DNA from: Leucoraja erinacea
Lineage: Eukaryota
Length of the DNA stretch: 64,000 nt
Direction of reading: 5' to 3'
NCBI RefSeq assembly: GCF_028641065.1
Contig: NC_073392.1
Coordinates: 23,684,001 to 23,748,000 of the forward strand
The translations under genes and the position numbers were made by a program. The notes below the pieces were generated by a model, which saw only the letters and a list, made by a program, of their open reading frames with translations, did no database searches and was not told the DNA's origin. Below, piece by piece: positions 39,801 through 49,734 of this stretch (position 1 is its first letter; every line of letters starts with the position of its first letter).

Positions 39801-42800
39801 CTCCCCGCAAACAGTCCTCACTTCCCATCCCAGCTACCACAGCGCAAAGCCAGTCACGCGACACAGGGGCTTCCAGCTACATACACAATGAAGAGATGCT
39901 CTGAAGCACTGACCTTCGCCCAGCTTGCTTTCATTTGAATATGTTAAGGAAAAGTGAAGCAATGAGGCAGGGCAAGTGTGGCAGTGGCTGCCCACAATAA
40001 AAGTGGGGAAAGTGGGTGCTGATGGTCCGTTTGGCCAGCAGACAGCAGCGGTGATTTCAGGAGAGATGGAAGTCAGTGCTTGCTGCCTGTTGGATACAAC
40101 AGACAGGGCGGGACAGTGAACATACCTTTAGAAGTTGGCCATTGGCTGTGCCTAGAAACACCACTGTATGGTTATTCAGACTTGATACTGCCACCGAGGT
40201 CAAGCCACTCTCCTCCAAGATCGGGGAAGCCTTCACTGGGTCCCTGATGGCTAGAGGGTGCTGCAGATGGGCAGCCCCACAATCCAGCTGTTCTTCATGC
40301 AGCTGCAAAGAAAGGAAAACATTTGGCTCAGATACCTTTTCCTTATCCCCGGCCAATACCACCTTTCAGGAGCCACTCGCTCGCTAGGGCCTGGAAATGT
40401 CTCTAAATTCTGCTCAGTCTAAAGCCCTACAATAGGAACCCACAATGACCAGGATTGCACATGTGGACCAGGTATTAACATGAATTTAAAGCGACAATAT
40501 GGCCTTATCAATTATTAGTACCCATATCTCTTCACTTTCATCTAGACGTCACTGCCTGTTTTACTCCACAAACATTCCAGCAAAACCCTCACACCCTGGA
40601 TCATTAATTTCAATGGTATTTCTGGACCCCTCCTTGAAGTTCAGTCTGCAAAGATTCACTAGATTAATTCCTGAGATATTAAGCAGAACAATTTTCTAAT
40701 CTCGAGTTTTGTATGTGAAGCTATTTAATTGATACATGTAATACTCACAGAGCTTCACAGAATAACTGTAAGGATATGTTGTTCTTTGGTCAACGTGCAG
40801 AACCATAAACCTCGATCTCCAAATAAGGAGTTGGGCAAAAGATCGAGAAAGGAATTCTTCACAAAGAGTGGCAAATCTGGACACATTCAAGGATAGGCTT
40901 TCATCAAATCAAACAAGGACTGGAGGATTAAGAGAACTAAGGACCAAACAGGATCTCTCCAGGGGATTTGAAGAGAATTGGTGACAGCATTAGAGATGTC
41001 CTGACTTTAATTTCCAAAAAAACCTCAATTTGGCAACCCTTTCTTTTGATGGTACAAGTCAATTTGCTATTTATGAAAGGTGAGAGGAGAAAACCAGGGA
41101 ATTATAGATCACCTAGTTTAATTTCTCAAAATTACTAAAGTCTATAATTAAGGGTCGGTACACCGTAATTTGTCAGATGATTGGAGAGAACCCAATGTAC
41201 TTGTAAAGCTTTTTGAAGGGATGACTAAAGTGGTTAAAGTGGAACATATATCTATGGATGTGATTTATATGGATACCTCATACGAGAATGCCAACTGACA
41301 CTATTCATTGAACCAAAGACAATTTCTAGGACTGGGTGAGGATTTGCTGAGTGGCAGAGATGGAATATAAGGTTAATAGGCAAACAATCAAGCTGACATA
41401 ATGTGCAAAGTGGTGACCATCAAGGGCGAGTACTGGACACAAATTCTATTCAACTATTTATAAATGGCTTGACAATGGAGTTGAAAGCTGCACATTTAAA
41501 GCCAGATAACACAATGGTGGGTGGCATTGTAGCAAGTGTAGATTAACCATTGTATTGCAGACAGATATAAATAAGGAAAATGGAAAATGAGGGAAATGAA
41601 TTTCAGTGTAAACATCTCAGAGGTCATTTGTAGCTGAAAGGACCAAATACTTTCTGAATAATGTAATGTGGAACAGTGTATAACCAGAAAGGCCAGGATA
41701 CCAGGATTCATTAAAATGTCAAGGACAAGAGACCAACACAGGACATGAAATGAAGCTGCAGGCAAGATAAATGAAAACCCTAAGATATACTAAGAGTAAA
41801 AGATTGGCTAGGGAAGAATAGTCCCCTTATGCTGGTCTTTGTGTTGTGCCATAGAAATGGGCGATATAATAAATGAATACTTCTCATCTGTTTTTACTGA
41901 GGAAAAGATCACAGAAGGTAAGGAATTGAGGTTAGAGTTGCGATGTCGTAGATCAGATACAAAATTATCAAAGAGGAATTGATTGTTTCATAGTGGATTA
42001 TGGTGGATAAATCTCCTGGCATGACCTAGTGCATCTGTGGAGCTCATGGGGAAACTAGGGAGGAAACTGCAGAAGCCCTTGCAGAGATACTTGCATCATC
42101 TATAGCCAAGGGGGAAGTTGCAGGAAACTGGAGGATGGCTAATGCTGTACTGTTATTTAAGTAGATCAAAAGAAAAGGATAAGCCAGGCAACCACAGGTC
42201 AGTGCACCTGACATAATTGGTGGGAAAACTGTTGGAGGATATTTTTAGGGTTATGATCCACCAGCATTTGGATAGACAGTGACTGATCAGAGATAGTCAA
42301 TGTAGCGTTGTGTGAGGGAAATTGTGCCTCACAAATCTAATGGAGTTTTTTTGAACAGGCCATCAAAAGGTTTGACGAAAGCAGGGCAGTAGACGTTGCC
42401 CATATGGAGTTTTGCAAGGCCTTTGACGAAGCCACACATGATAGGCTAGTGGAACGTTAGAGAGCATGAACTCTTAGGCAAATGGATTCAAAATTGGCTT
42501 GGAGGAAGGAGTCATAGGGAGGGTTGTGCAGAGTTGTTTTTCTAATGGAGACCTGTGACAAATGGAGTGCCACGGAGATCAGTACTGGGCCCAGTATTGT
42601 TTGTTATCTACATGCACGATTTGGAGGACAATGTAGTTAACATTGTTAGCAAATATGCAGATGACATCAAAGTTGCCACATAGTAGACAGTGAGGAAGGA
42701 TACCTAAGTTTACAAGAAGATCTAGATAACTTGGGATGGTGGGCAAAGGAATGGCAAATGGAATTTAACTCTGACAAGCGTGTGGTGCTGCATTTTGGTA

Positions 42801-45800
42801 TTTCAAACTAGGGCAGGTCTTGCACAGTAAATAGTGGACCCTGGAAAGTGTTGCAGAACAGGGAGATCTGGAAGAACAGGCGCATGATTCCCTGAAAGCG
42901 GCAAATCAGGTGGACATTGACCCACATGTCCATAGTCCTACAATACAACAGGATATATCCTGGTTACATTTCATCAGGAGAAACATGAACATTCCTAGCA
43001 CCATACATTAGGAAGGAGAGGCTTCTGTACGATTTATGAGAATAATGTCTCAACCCAAGGTAAATTGCAATGAGAAATTATACAAAGATGGGGTTCTATT
43101 TTTTTTCACTTGTATACTCTGACCCGAGTATATTGGGGGTGACACTGAACAGGTTAAAGTGTTTAGGTAAAGATTGAAACAACCCAAAAAATTGCCTATT
43201 CATATCCTCCAGAGATGCTGCCTGAGCCGCTGAGCTACTCCAGCACTTTGTGTCTTAATTGAATCAAATTTTTCAAAATATTTATGTACCACTGAAAGGG
43301 GAAACGGAAAGGAAATACCTGTACATCGACCAGCAGAGGAGTTGCCGATCCCTTTCACCCATGGTGAGTCCCCTTATTGAACCATTGCAATCTTTTAGCT
43401 AAAGGAACTCCCACTGTTATTGGGGAGGGAATTGCAGGATTTAGACATGTATTTCTAAACAAGAATAGTGTGCAATTTGAAGGGTAGTAGTGCTGTGGTG
43501 CTGCCTTTATCAGGATACAAAACGGGCCTTTATGACTCACCTAGAAGAAAGTCGTCAACACAATCATTACAAATGGGTTACATAGGCAATGTTAGCAACA
43601 CTTGAGAAATGATAGGAAATATGACTTACTTCCAATCCTGTCCATTGTCCTTGTTGGTAGGGGCTTGGATTTGGGAGATTTTATCAGAGTTGGACGTAGG
43701 ACATTACCCTGAGGAACATCTGTAGGTTCCCACCCGGCCACCTTCCTTTGTGTGAGGCATGACCACTCATTGCAGTGTTTCCCCCATCATGCCACTTGAC
43801 ATGAGTTTTACCAGCGTGCCTTAATGCCATACACAGTCAAATGATACCTTGATGTGAGGTAATTCAGCCTCACATCACCTCTGCTATTCAATTCTTGGGT
43901 TCAGGGTGGAGGAACAGTGAGGGGGCCAGAGGGTGAAGTGAGGCAGAGAAGAGAGGGAATAAGCGAGTTCGGTATTCCGGCTGCGGGGAGAGAGAGGAAG
44001 AGGGGTGATCTGGAGATGCGGAAAAAATAAGAAAATGAAAATGAGACAAGAGGGGTGATGGTGTAGGGAGGGGGAAGGGGAGGGCATGGGTAAGGGGGAA
44101 TGGAAGAGATTGGGTAAAGGAGAAGGGGAGGGCGGAGTTGAGGGGAAAGGGAAGGTTTGGGCCTGCAAGAGTGAAGGGGTGATGCTAAGAGCATGAGAGG
44201 TTGAGGACATAATCTTCCGAGCCAGACTATCAAAAGGAACCGTGAAATCCATGTAGACCCATCTACTGTCCTATTATTTGATACTACCTCAAAACATTCA
44301 ATCAAATATGAGAGACAGGACCTATCCTGCATAAAGCCATGCTGCCTATCCCTAATAAGTCCTTGCTTTTCCAAATGCAAGTAAATCTTGTGAAACTTCC
44401 CCAATAATTACACTACCACTCATTCGAAGGTTCTCCGGCTTGTAAATTCCTCATTTTTTCCCTGTTTTCTGTCTTAAACAAAATAACAACATTGGCAAAA
44501 AACAATTTGCTGGATGAATTCAGAGGGTAAGGCAGCATTTGTGAAGTGAAATGAACAGAAAACATTTGGGTCAGGAACTTTCTTTGAGACCAAGAATGGT
44601 CCCAACTCGAAAGGCCATCTGTCTATTTCTCTCCACAGATGCTGCGTGACCCATTGACTGCCTCCACCAGTTTGTATTTGCTCACAATCCCAACGTCTGC
44701 AGTTTTTATGGTCTCCGAACAATACTGGCTATTCTCCAATTCTCTGAGACTTCCACCATGGCTATAGATGTCATAGTCATTGTTTCCCTTGCTACCCTCA
44801 GTATCCTGGGATAGGTCCCATCAGACCTTGGATATTTAGTCACCGTAATATTTTTGAGATTACTACTTCCTCCTTAACATCAACATTCTCTGGAATATCA
44901 ATATATCCCTATCATCCACGTTCTTCCCAATGCAAGATACAAGATACTCATTAAGGACCTCATCCATTTCCTGTGACTCCATGTATAAATTCCCTCTTTT
45001 TTCCTTGAGTCGACCTATCCTACCCCAAACTATCCGTTTGCTTCTAATATATGTATAAAATGCCTTGGAATTTTCCTAATCTTTCTTGCCAAGGATATTC
45101 CATGGAATTTTTTTGTCTTTCTTGTTTTTCTTTCCTGCTTCCTTTATATTCCTCAAGGATCTTGTCTGATTTCAGTTTCCTAAATTTTATATTATACTTC
45201 CTTTTCCTCTTTGACAACTTACAATGTCTCTCGTCGTCCGAGGTTCACAAATCCTGCCATCCTTATCTTAAAGGAACATGTTAGACTTGAACTCTAACTA
45301 GCCGGCCTTTGAAGGACTCCTACATGACAGGTGTGGACTTTCTTCCAAACAGCCACTCCCAATCTACGCTCCCCACAGCTGTATTCCATCTGTGTAGAGC
45401 CATTCCTGTGCCTTCTCCGGAGGCGGTTGGCAGGCCTGGCTTTACCGGGGCCAGGGGTGGAGGTGGTTCTCTCAGCCTACGCCGATGATGTCATTCTGAT
45501 GTTCACCGACCCTGTTGACCTGCGGAGGAGTGCCAGCAGGTTTTCTCGGCTGCATCCTCTGGCAGGATCAACTGGGGGAAGTGTTCTGGTCTCTTGGTGG
45601 GTTAGTGGGAGGTGGACTCCCTGCCGGAGGAGATGACAGCTTAAGCGTGGAGCACCACGCACCTCCTCTACCTGGGGGTCTACCCGAGTCCCACTGAGGG
45701 GGCTTGGCTGGTGAACTGGCAGGAGCCGGAGGCGAAAGTCATCACCCGGCTAGGGTGTTGGTCAGGCCTCCTTGGCGTGCTCTCTTACCAGGGGAGTAAA

Positions 45801-48800
45801 CCAGCTGGTGGCCTCTATGTTGGGGTACTGGCCGCCCACTCTGGTCCCACCCTCTTTATTTGTCACCATGATCCAAAGGAGGTTGGTGAACATCTTCTGG
45901 GGAATCATTGGGTCTCTGCTGGGGTTCTGTGTCTCCAGTTGGAGGAGGGCGGTCAGTTGCTGGTTTGCGTCCGTACCCAGGTGGCGGACCCTGCGGAGGT
46001 ATATGTATTCCGAGAGTCCTCCTAAATGGCACGCGCTGGCGACGTACTTTTTCCGCCAGGGTCGCTGCTTCCAGGAGGGCACACAGCTCCCGCTAGCGGG
46101 TACGAGTCGACACGCTAGGCGGGAGTTGCCTGGCTTTTATCGAGATATACTTAAAGCCAGGAATCTGGCCACCTTCCGCTGACCAATCTTAATCTTATCA
46201 GATCTATCTGCAAATTTATGGAATTATGTAACCTGTTGCTGCAAATGCTCTCCCACTGAAACATTGACCATGTGACCAGGCTCATTTCCCAATACAAGAT
46301 CTAATATGGACTAATTCCTAATTGCATTATCGAAATATTGTTTCAAACAATCCTCCTATATGTAACTAACAAATCTGCCCTTCAGAGCCCCTGGCACTGA
46401 GAGTGTAAATAATGGAGAAATTAAGATCACCCACCACAAAAATTCTGATGTTGAGACACCTTTTCGTGATCAATCTTCACATTTGTACATCAAGCTGTAC
46501 ATCTGTATATCTTTTAACTGGCACACGTAAACATGAGCACATTTCGCACATTTTAGCCTCACTCCACTGGTTGCCTATTCAGTTTAGGATCCATTTTAAA
46601 ATTATTTTATTTGCTTTTAAATCCCTAAATGGTCTTGCCCCGCCCTACCTATCTGAGCTTCTACACCCTTATACACCTGCCCGCTCTCTCAGGTCAGATA
46701 ATCAGCTGCTCCTGAGTGGGCCTAAAACTAAGCAGAAGCTCAGAGGGGACCGTGCCTTTGCTGTGCCGGCACCCAAATTATGGAACAATCTGCCTCTCCA
46801 CATTAAACAGGCCTCTCCTCTGTCTGTTTTTAAATCACTTCTTAAAACCTATCTCTTCTCCGTGGCCTTTGATACCCAGTAAGATGTCGACTTTATTTAC
46901 TTGATTTAATTTCTTATTTTGATTGCTTTATTGCGTGGTTATTATTTTTACTCATGTTTTATGTCTTTTAATTTATTGTTCTATTTCATATGTAATGTTT
47001 GCACTTTATGTGAGCTGTTATGTTGTCTGTTTATGATGTCTTGTTTATTCTTCTGTACAGCACTTTGGTCAACATTGGTTGTCTTAAAGTGCTTAATAAA
47101 TAAAGTTGGATTGGACCACCATAGTGATTGCACTGTTCTTATTTATGAGTTCCAGCCACATGGTTACAATGGATGAGCCCTCCAGGATCTCCTCACAGTC
47201 ATGACATTCTCCCTGATTAGTAATGTAACTCCCCCACCTATTTTACATCCTTCTCCGTCATGACCTGGGTGTCATGGTACACCAGTCATTGAAAGTAGGC
47301 ATGCAGGTGCAGCAGGCAGTGAAGAAAGCGAATGGTATGTTAGCTTTCATAGCAAAAGGATTTGAGTATAGGAGCAGGGAGGTTCTACTGCAGTTGTACA
47401 GGGTCTTGGTGAGACCACACCTGGAGTATTGCGTACAGTTTTGGTCTCCAAATCTGAGGAAGGACATTATTGCCATAGAAGGAGTGCAGAGAAGGTTCAC
47501 CAGACTGATTCCTGGGATGTCAGGACTGTCTTATGAAGAAAGACTGGATAGACTTGGTTTATACTCTCTAGAATTTAGGAGATTGAGAGGGGATCTTATA
47601 GAAACTTACAAAATTCTTAAGGGGTTGGACAGGCTAGATGCAGGAAGATTGCTCCCGATGTTGGGGAAGTCCAGGACAAGGGGTCACAGCTTAGGGATAA
47701 GGGGGAAATCCTTTAAAACCGAGATGAGAAGAACTTTTTTCACACAGAGAGTGGCGAGTCTCTGGAACACTCTGCCGCAGAGGGTAGTCAAGGCCAGTTC
47801 ATTGGCTCTATTTAAGAGGGAGTTAGGTATGGCCCTTGTGGCTAAGGGGATCAGAGGGTATGGAGAGAAGGCAGGTACGAGATACTGAGTTGGATGATCA
47901 GCCATGATCATATTGAATGGCGGTGCAGGCTCGAAGGGCCAAATGGCCTACTCCTGCACCTAATTTCTATGTTTCTATGTCTGAAATATCCATACCACGG
48001 AACAATGAGCTGCAAGTCCTGTCCTTCTCAACTAAGTTTCTGTAATGGCTACAATGTCAGAGTTCTCTGTATTAATTCATCTTCTTTACCCAGTATACTG
48101 TCAGAGCACTCTCATGCCCGAGAATGCATCCTGCATCTACGGGTGGCACCAGTGCATCAGTAAATGCTGATAGCCATGCCAATGGTACTTGCCTTCCCTT
48201 TGCAGGTAGAAACATTGAAATGCCGATGCCGGTTTACAAAAAAAGAGACACAAAGTGCTAGAGTAATTCAACAGGTCAGGCAGCATCCCTGGAAAACATG
48301 GATAGGTGACGTTTTAGGTCAGGACCCTTCTCCAGTCTGAACAAAGGTCCCGACCTGAAATGTCACCTGCAGGTGAGTGAGACAACGGGAAATGTCTCAA
48401 TCAGTGATATATTCCGACTCTGCTACACACTGATTCCATACCCAGGCCCAGAACCTGCCTTCAGTTTCATGAGCAACTTCAGGTCTCAGTGCTGTTCCAA
48501 ACCCCCAATGCACTCACTGTGATGTTGCGTTGGATGCAGGCTGGTCCACTTCCTTGAATCACGCTGTCCAGGACGGTCACCTCCTGGCTGTGCTTCTCCT
48601 TGAAGCACTGGCGTCGGGCGCTCCTCATGCTGTGGTCGATGTCGCTGAAGTTGAAGACGCAGAGGGCGGAGCGCTGCTCGCTGTCCTCGGGCCCCTGGAA
48701 CAGGCCGTACAGCCGGTGTCCCGGGCCTGGCCACACGGAGAGCAGGCGGCCGAAGAGGGTGGGATCGGCGAAGCAACGTAAGCCCAGCTGGATGTAGGAC

Positions 48801-49723
48801 TCGGTCAGCTTGCGGCTCTCGGATGGGCGGGAGCCCCGGGCTCCGGTGCAGATGCGGGCCAGCAGGCTGCGGGCGCGGCCTCCCTTGCCGCCGGAGTCGG
48901 CGTCGTTGTTGAGCGCCAAGTAGGTGTAGTTCTGGTAACTGAAGGCCCTCACGAAGCTCAGCCGGTTGCGGGCTTTGGCCTCGGCCTTCACCTTGAAGAC
49001 GTTGTCCTCGGACGGGTTGATGTCGTAGGTGAAGAGACGGGACGACTGGCGGGTGTCCAGGGCGCGGATGGCGATCTCGGGCGTGTTCTCGAAGCGCAGG
49101 TCCTCACGGCTGCTGTTGGTGGGGAAGTAGCGGGTGCCCAGGCCCGTGTAAGTGGAGGCCACCAGCAGCCGGCTGCCGCCACCGCCGCCCAGGCCAGGCA
49201 GCACCAGGCCCACGGTGGAGGCCTGCGGGTGGTTGGCCGCCACGTACAACATGCTGGGGAAGACCAGGCCGCTGCCGTCGGCGGGCGGGAAAGGCACGGC
49301 CAGCTGGCTGATGTTGGCCAGTTGCCGCAGCTGGCAGAAGCCCTGGTGCACGGAGCCGCACACCACCAGCAGCCCCTGGCTGGCGTCGGGCAGCAGCAGC
49401 TTGTTGTAGCAGTCGGTGTGCCGGCGCAGGTGCTCACAGCTGCTGTGCGGGAGCTGCGGTGCGTGGCACAGGGCGTTGTCCTGCACCGGGCCCGTCCTCA
49501 CCCTCGCCTCCAGCCCCAGCTTCCAGCCTAGCTGGTAAACAGCGTTCACCGAGCCCACGTACACCCGGGGCCCTGGCTGCGGCCCGGCCTGCACCGCCAG
49601 GTTGTTGGTGGGTGTGTCGCTGCGGAATTTCTGGCACACTTGCATGGGCAGTGCCGGGGGCAGTATCAGCACCAGCATCAGCCCGGCACGGAGCAGCATT
49701 CTCCCCAGGCTCAGCATCATCAT
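649..49723 (-). CDS. plxnd1: Plexin D1 gene, coding exons 1-27 (3' end lies beyond the left edge of the window)
   Basis: 27 GT-AG exons join in frame. Peptides recognised as PLXND1-type include [60 protein letters not shown] and [17 protein letters not shown]. Domain order is Sema-PSI-IPT-TM-GAP-RBD. Confidence 0.96.
1070..1290 (+). mobile_element. CR1 LINE 3' fragment
   Basis: [15 protein letters not shown]...[12 protein letters not shown], typical CR1 ORF2 C-terminus plus 3'UTR. Confidence 0.85.
1690..2110 (+). mobile_element. Degenerate CR1 LINE 3' fragment
   Basis: CR1 ORF2 end and 3' tail motif GGGCCGAAGGGCC. Confidence 0.75.
2186..2332 (-). CDS. plxnd1: plxnd1 exon 26
   Basis: ttgcag|[34 protein letters not shown]...AKAT|gtgagg, 147 nt, phase 0-0. 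Confidence 0.96.
2436..2533. repeat. Minisatellite in intron 25
   Basis: Units of (GGGA)TACACTGTCAC with or without TGTGTCAC, 5 copies. Confidence 0.9.
2858..3056 (-). CDS. plxnd1: plxnd1 exon 25 (GAP, arginine motif LRRTES)
   Basis: tcacag|[17 protein letters not shown]...[27 protein letters not shown]|gtaaag, 199 nt, phase 2-0. Confidence 0.96.
3315..4035 (+). mobile_element. Two adjacent CR1 fragments (3' end with TTTCTATG tail, then an RT fragment)
   Basis: CR1 3' end at 3315-3540; RT-like NYRPVSL, DF-KAF-KVPH and QGSVLG motifs at 3543-4035. Confidence 0.8.
4245..4375 (-). CDS. plxnd1: plxnd1 exon 24 (GAP)
   Basis: tttcag|[17 protein letters not shown]...[11 protein letters not shown](R)|gtgtga, 131 nt, phase 0-2. 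Confidence 0.95.
4808..4930 (-). CDS. plxnd1: plxnd1 exon 23
   Basis: ttccag|CSIDCESR...[12 protein letters not shown]|gtaagc, 123 nt, phase 0-0. Confidence 0.9.
5665..5777 (-). CDS. plxnd1: plxnd1 exon 22
   Basis: ctgcag|(G)[37 protein letters not shown]|gtgagt, 113 nt, phase 1-0. Confidence 0.96.
6578..6685 (-). CDS. plxnd1: plxnd1 exon 21 (juxtamembrane coiled coil)
   Basis: ttctag|(A)[35 protein letters not shown]|gtacga, 108 nt, phase 1-1. Confidence 0.95.
6930..7360. repeat. Purine-rich low-complexity tract including a G21 run
   Basis: Almost all G/A on the + strand; G at 7022-7042. Confidence 0.85.
7440..7640 (+). mobile_element. 3' end of a non-LTR retroelement with (CTTGA)n tail
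   Basis: GTGACAAATAAA followed by CTTGA repeats; family (Rex1-like) is inferred. Confidence 0.6.
7767..7881 (-). CDS. plxnd1: plxnd1 exon 20 (transmembrane helix)
   Basis: ctgtag|[38 protein letters not shown]|gtaaga, 115 nt, phase 0-1. Confidence 0.94.
7999..8468 (-). mobile_element. 5'-truncated L1-clade insertion with poly(A) tail and 13-bp TSD, nested in a CR1 fragment
   Basis: Minus-strand ...[19 protein letters not shown]...FSKIWSPFI (fish-L1-like ORF2 end), AATAAA plus A-run; CCCTCATGATCTT at 7986-7998 and 8469-8481. Confidence 0.85.
8907..9053 (-). CDS. plxnd1: plxnd1 exon 19
   Basis: tcacag|[18 protein letters not shown]...QLPVT|gtaagc, 147 nt, phase 0-0. Confidence 0.93.
10412..10621 (-). 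CDS. plxnd1: plxnd1 exon 18
   Basis: tttcag|[15 protein letters not shown]...[14 protein letters not shown]|gtgagt, 210 nt, phase 0-0. Confidence 0.94.
11766..11856 (-). CDS. plxnd1: plxnd1 exon 17 (IPT; not in ORF track)
   Basis: ctgcag|[20 protein letters not shown]...WAQS|gtgagt, 91 nt, phase 2-0. Confidence 0.92.
12745..13265 (-). mobile_element. CR1 LINE 3' fragment
   Basis: [15 protein letters not shown] and CR1-like 3' tail. Confidence 0.75.
13575..14000. mobile_element. Cluster of Penelope-derived short elements in both orientations
   Basis: Shared GAAGGGTCTCGACCCGAAACGTCACC...AGAGATGCTGCCTG...GAGTTACTCCAGC motif, repeated throughout the window. Confidence 0.75.
13688..13723 (-). 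ncRNA. Minimal type I hammerhead-ribozyme-like motif
   Basis: Minus strand CAGU-CUGAAGA-A-GGGUCUCGACCC-GAAA-CG-UC-ACCC: intact core boxes and stem II, but stem I is only about 2 bp. Confidence 0.5.
14028..14198 (-). CDS. plxnd1: plxnd1 exon 16 (IPT)
   Basis: tcatag|[11 protein letters not shown]...[15 protein letters not shown](S)|gtaaga, 171 nt, phase 2-2. Confidence 0.93.
15320..15520 (-). mobile_element. Rex1/Babar-like LINE 3' fragment
   Basis: IKDAHHP...[13 protein letters not shown] motif. Confidence 0.7.
15875..16385 (-). mobile_element. CR1 LINE 3' fragment
   Basis: Reverse-complement similarity to other CR1 3' ends in the window. Confidence 0.75.
16590..16729 (-). CDS. plxnd1: plxnd1 exon 15 (IPT; not in ORF track)
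   Basis: ggatag|[31 protein letters not shown]...CINV(R)|gtaagt, 140 nt, phase 0-2. Confidence 0.93.
17020..17460 (+). mobile_element. CR1 LINE 3' fragment
   Basis: [14 protein letters not shown]...RVVNL plus 3'UTR. Confidence 0.88.
17897..18197 (-). mobile_element. tRNA-derived SINE (HE1/V-SINE-like)
   Basis: tRNA-like head with B-box GGTTCAATCC, central GGTGCTCCGGTTTCCTCC domain, CR1-like tail ending CTAAACTAAA. Confidence 0.8.
19126..19225 (-). CDS. plxnd1: plxnd1 exon 14 (IPT)
   Basis: tttcag|[12 protein letters not shown]...QRFSFL|gtaagt, 100 nt, phase 2-0. Confidence 0.92.
19584..19735 (-). CDS. plxnd1: plxnd1 exon 13 (IPT)
   Basis: tttcag|[22 protein letters not shown]...YVVSS(Q)|gtatgt, 152 nt, phase 0-2. 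Confidence 0.95.
19895..20690. repeat. C/A-rich diverged repeat interrupted by a CR1 3' end (20111-20515, + strand)
   Basis: CAC/ACTC-rich units; CR1 ORF 20124-20438; ~65-bp direct repeat on both sides. Confidence 0.8.
20849..21012 (-). CDS. plxnd1: plxnd1 exon 12 (PSI 3)
   Basis: ctgcag|(V)[18 protein letters not shown]...CPAPEIHR|gtgagt, 164 nt, phase 1-0. Confidence 0.95.
21750..21935. repeat. Diverged ~30-bp tandem repeat
   Basis: Variants of GGATCTCTCCACTCCTGCAAGGATCACC. Confidence 0.7.
22110..22203 (-). CDS. plxnd1: plxnd1 exon 11
   Basis: tcacag|[17 protein letters not shown]...IDNPSTIS|gtttgg, 94 nt, phase 0-1. Confidence 0.9.
23015..23101 (-). CDS. plxnd1: plxnd1 exon 10 (not in ORF track)
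   Basis: ttctag|[29 protein letters not shown]|gtgagt, 87 nt, phase 0-0. Confidence 0.9.
23719..23823 (-). CDS. plxnd1: plxnd1 exon 9
   Basis: ttgcag|[10 protein letters not shown]...NSAPLQ|gtaacc, 105 nt, phase 0-0. Confidence 0.9.
24285..24890 (+). mobile_element. Degenerate CR1 LINE 3' fragment
   Basis: [10 protein letters not shown]...FKIRG...LFDRHM...MEGYG. Confidence 0.8.
24947..25058 (-). CDS. plxnd1: plxnd1 exon 8 (PSI 2)
   Basis: tttcag|[14 protein letters not shown]...GAVPE|gtaagg, 112 nt, phase 2-0. Confidence 0.92.
25333..25735. mobile_element. Two HE1/V-SINE-like fragments in opposite orientation
   Basis: Same central domain as 17897-18197. Confidence 0.7.
26295..28370 (+). 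mobile_element. Old, fragmented CR1 LINE (endonuclease to 3' end) with nested pieces
   Basis: Degenerate [15 protein letters not shown] and [13 protein letters not shown] motifs with many stops and frameshifts. Confidence 0.7.
28512..28620 (-). CDS. plxnd1: plxnd1 exon 7 (not in ORF track)
   Basis: atttag|(D)[29 protein letters not shown]...KT(A)|gtgagt, 109 nt, phase 1-2. Confidence 0.9.
28970..29005 (+). ncRNA. Minimal type I hammerhead-ribozyme-like motif
   Basis: GGGU-CUGAAGA-A-GGGUUUUGGCCC-GAAA-CG-UU-GCCU: intact core, stem II, 4-bp stem I with G-U pairs, palindromic AACGUU. Confidence 0.5.
30067..30247 (-). CDS. plxnd1: plxnd1 exon 6 (not in ORF track)
   Basis: ttgtag|[22 protein letters not shown]...YPAFLSDK|gtatgt, 181 nt, phase 0-1. 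Confidence 0.88.
31215..31975 (-). mobile_element. Penelope-like element fragment (RT thumb to GIY-YIG endonuclease)
   Basis: GVYYKP..., [37 protein letters not shown], frameshifted. Confidence 0.8.
33235..33367 (-). CDS. plxnd1: plxnd1 exon 5 (not in the ORF track frame)
   Basis: tcccag|[16 protein letters not shown]...[13 protein letters not shown]...; the donor is either after 33241 (GTAAAG) or after 33235 (GTTCTG), and both are in frame. Confidence 0.87.
33975..34310. repeat. Diverged tandem/direct repeats
   Basis: ACTGAGACA...GGGCTGACCAACACTATAC and CACACTCAAACACTATTCAAGG each duplicated. Confidence 0.7.
36285..36385 (-). CDS. plxnd1: plxnd1 exon 4 (PSI 1)
   Basis: tcacag|ISRVRVASC...[11 protein letters not shown](R)|gtatgg, 101 nt, phase 0-2. 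Confidence 0.95.
36830..37045. mobile_element. Head-to-head inverted pair of the Penelope-derived short element
   Basis: AAAATGCTGGAGTAACTC...GAGTTACTCCAGCATTTT arms. Confidence 0.7.
37731..38436 (+). mobile_element. Young 5'-truncated Rex1/Babar-like LINE nested in CR1
   Basis: Open ORF 37760-38209 ([10 protein letters not shown]...[13 protein letters not shown]...LPSGRRYRS...NSFYP), (CTATT)n tail, TSD TAAATAA at 37711-37717 and 38437-38443. Confidence 0.88.
39617..39745 (-). CDS. plxnd1: plxnd1 exon 3 (end of Sema)
   Basis: ttccag|LNLQNNQ...YLYVMTMHQ|gtctgt, 129 nt, phase 0-0. Confidence 0.92.
40126..40302 (-). CDS. plxnd1: plxnd1 exon 2 (Sema)
   Basis: ttgcag|[17 protein letters not shown]...GQLLK|gtatgt, 177 nt, phase 0-0. 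Confidence 0.95.
41860..42920 (+). mobile_element. Degenerate CR1 RT region
   Basis: [20 protein letters not shown] and KYADD-like motifs, frameshifted. Confidence 0.75.
45355..46180 (+). mobile_element. Tx1-clade (L1-Tx1) RT fragment
   Basis: [21 protein letters not shown]...[10 protein letters not shown]; GC-rich, frameshifted. Confidence 0.75.
46505..47115 (+). mobile_element. L2 LINE 3' end
   Basis: [30 protein letters not shown]...GDRAFAV...LWNNLP...[10 protein letters not shown]; tail AATAAAGTTGGATTGGA. Confidence 0.88.
47262..47980 (+). mobile_element. Young CR1 LINE 3' portion
   Basis: Uninterrupted ORF 47274-47888 ([15 protein letters not shown]...[20 protein letters not shown]) and (TTTCTATG)n tail. 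Confidence 0.92.
48518..49723 (-). CDS. plxnd1: plxnd1 exon 1 (signal peptide and most of the Sema domain)
   Basis: First ATG ([11 protein letters not shown]...) is followed by a hydrophobic signal peptide. 402 codons end at ...CIQRNIT, then donor GTGAGT. The ORF-track start at 49744 is a TTG. Confidence 0.93.
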
Positions 49724-49734
49724 CCTCACACGCC

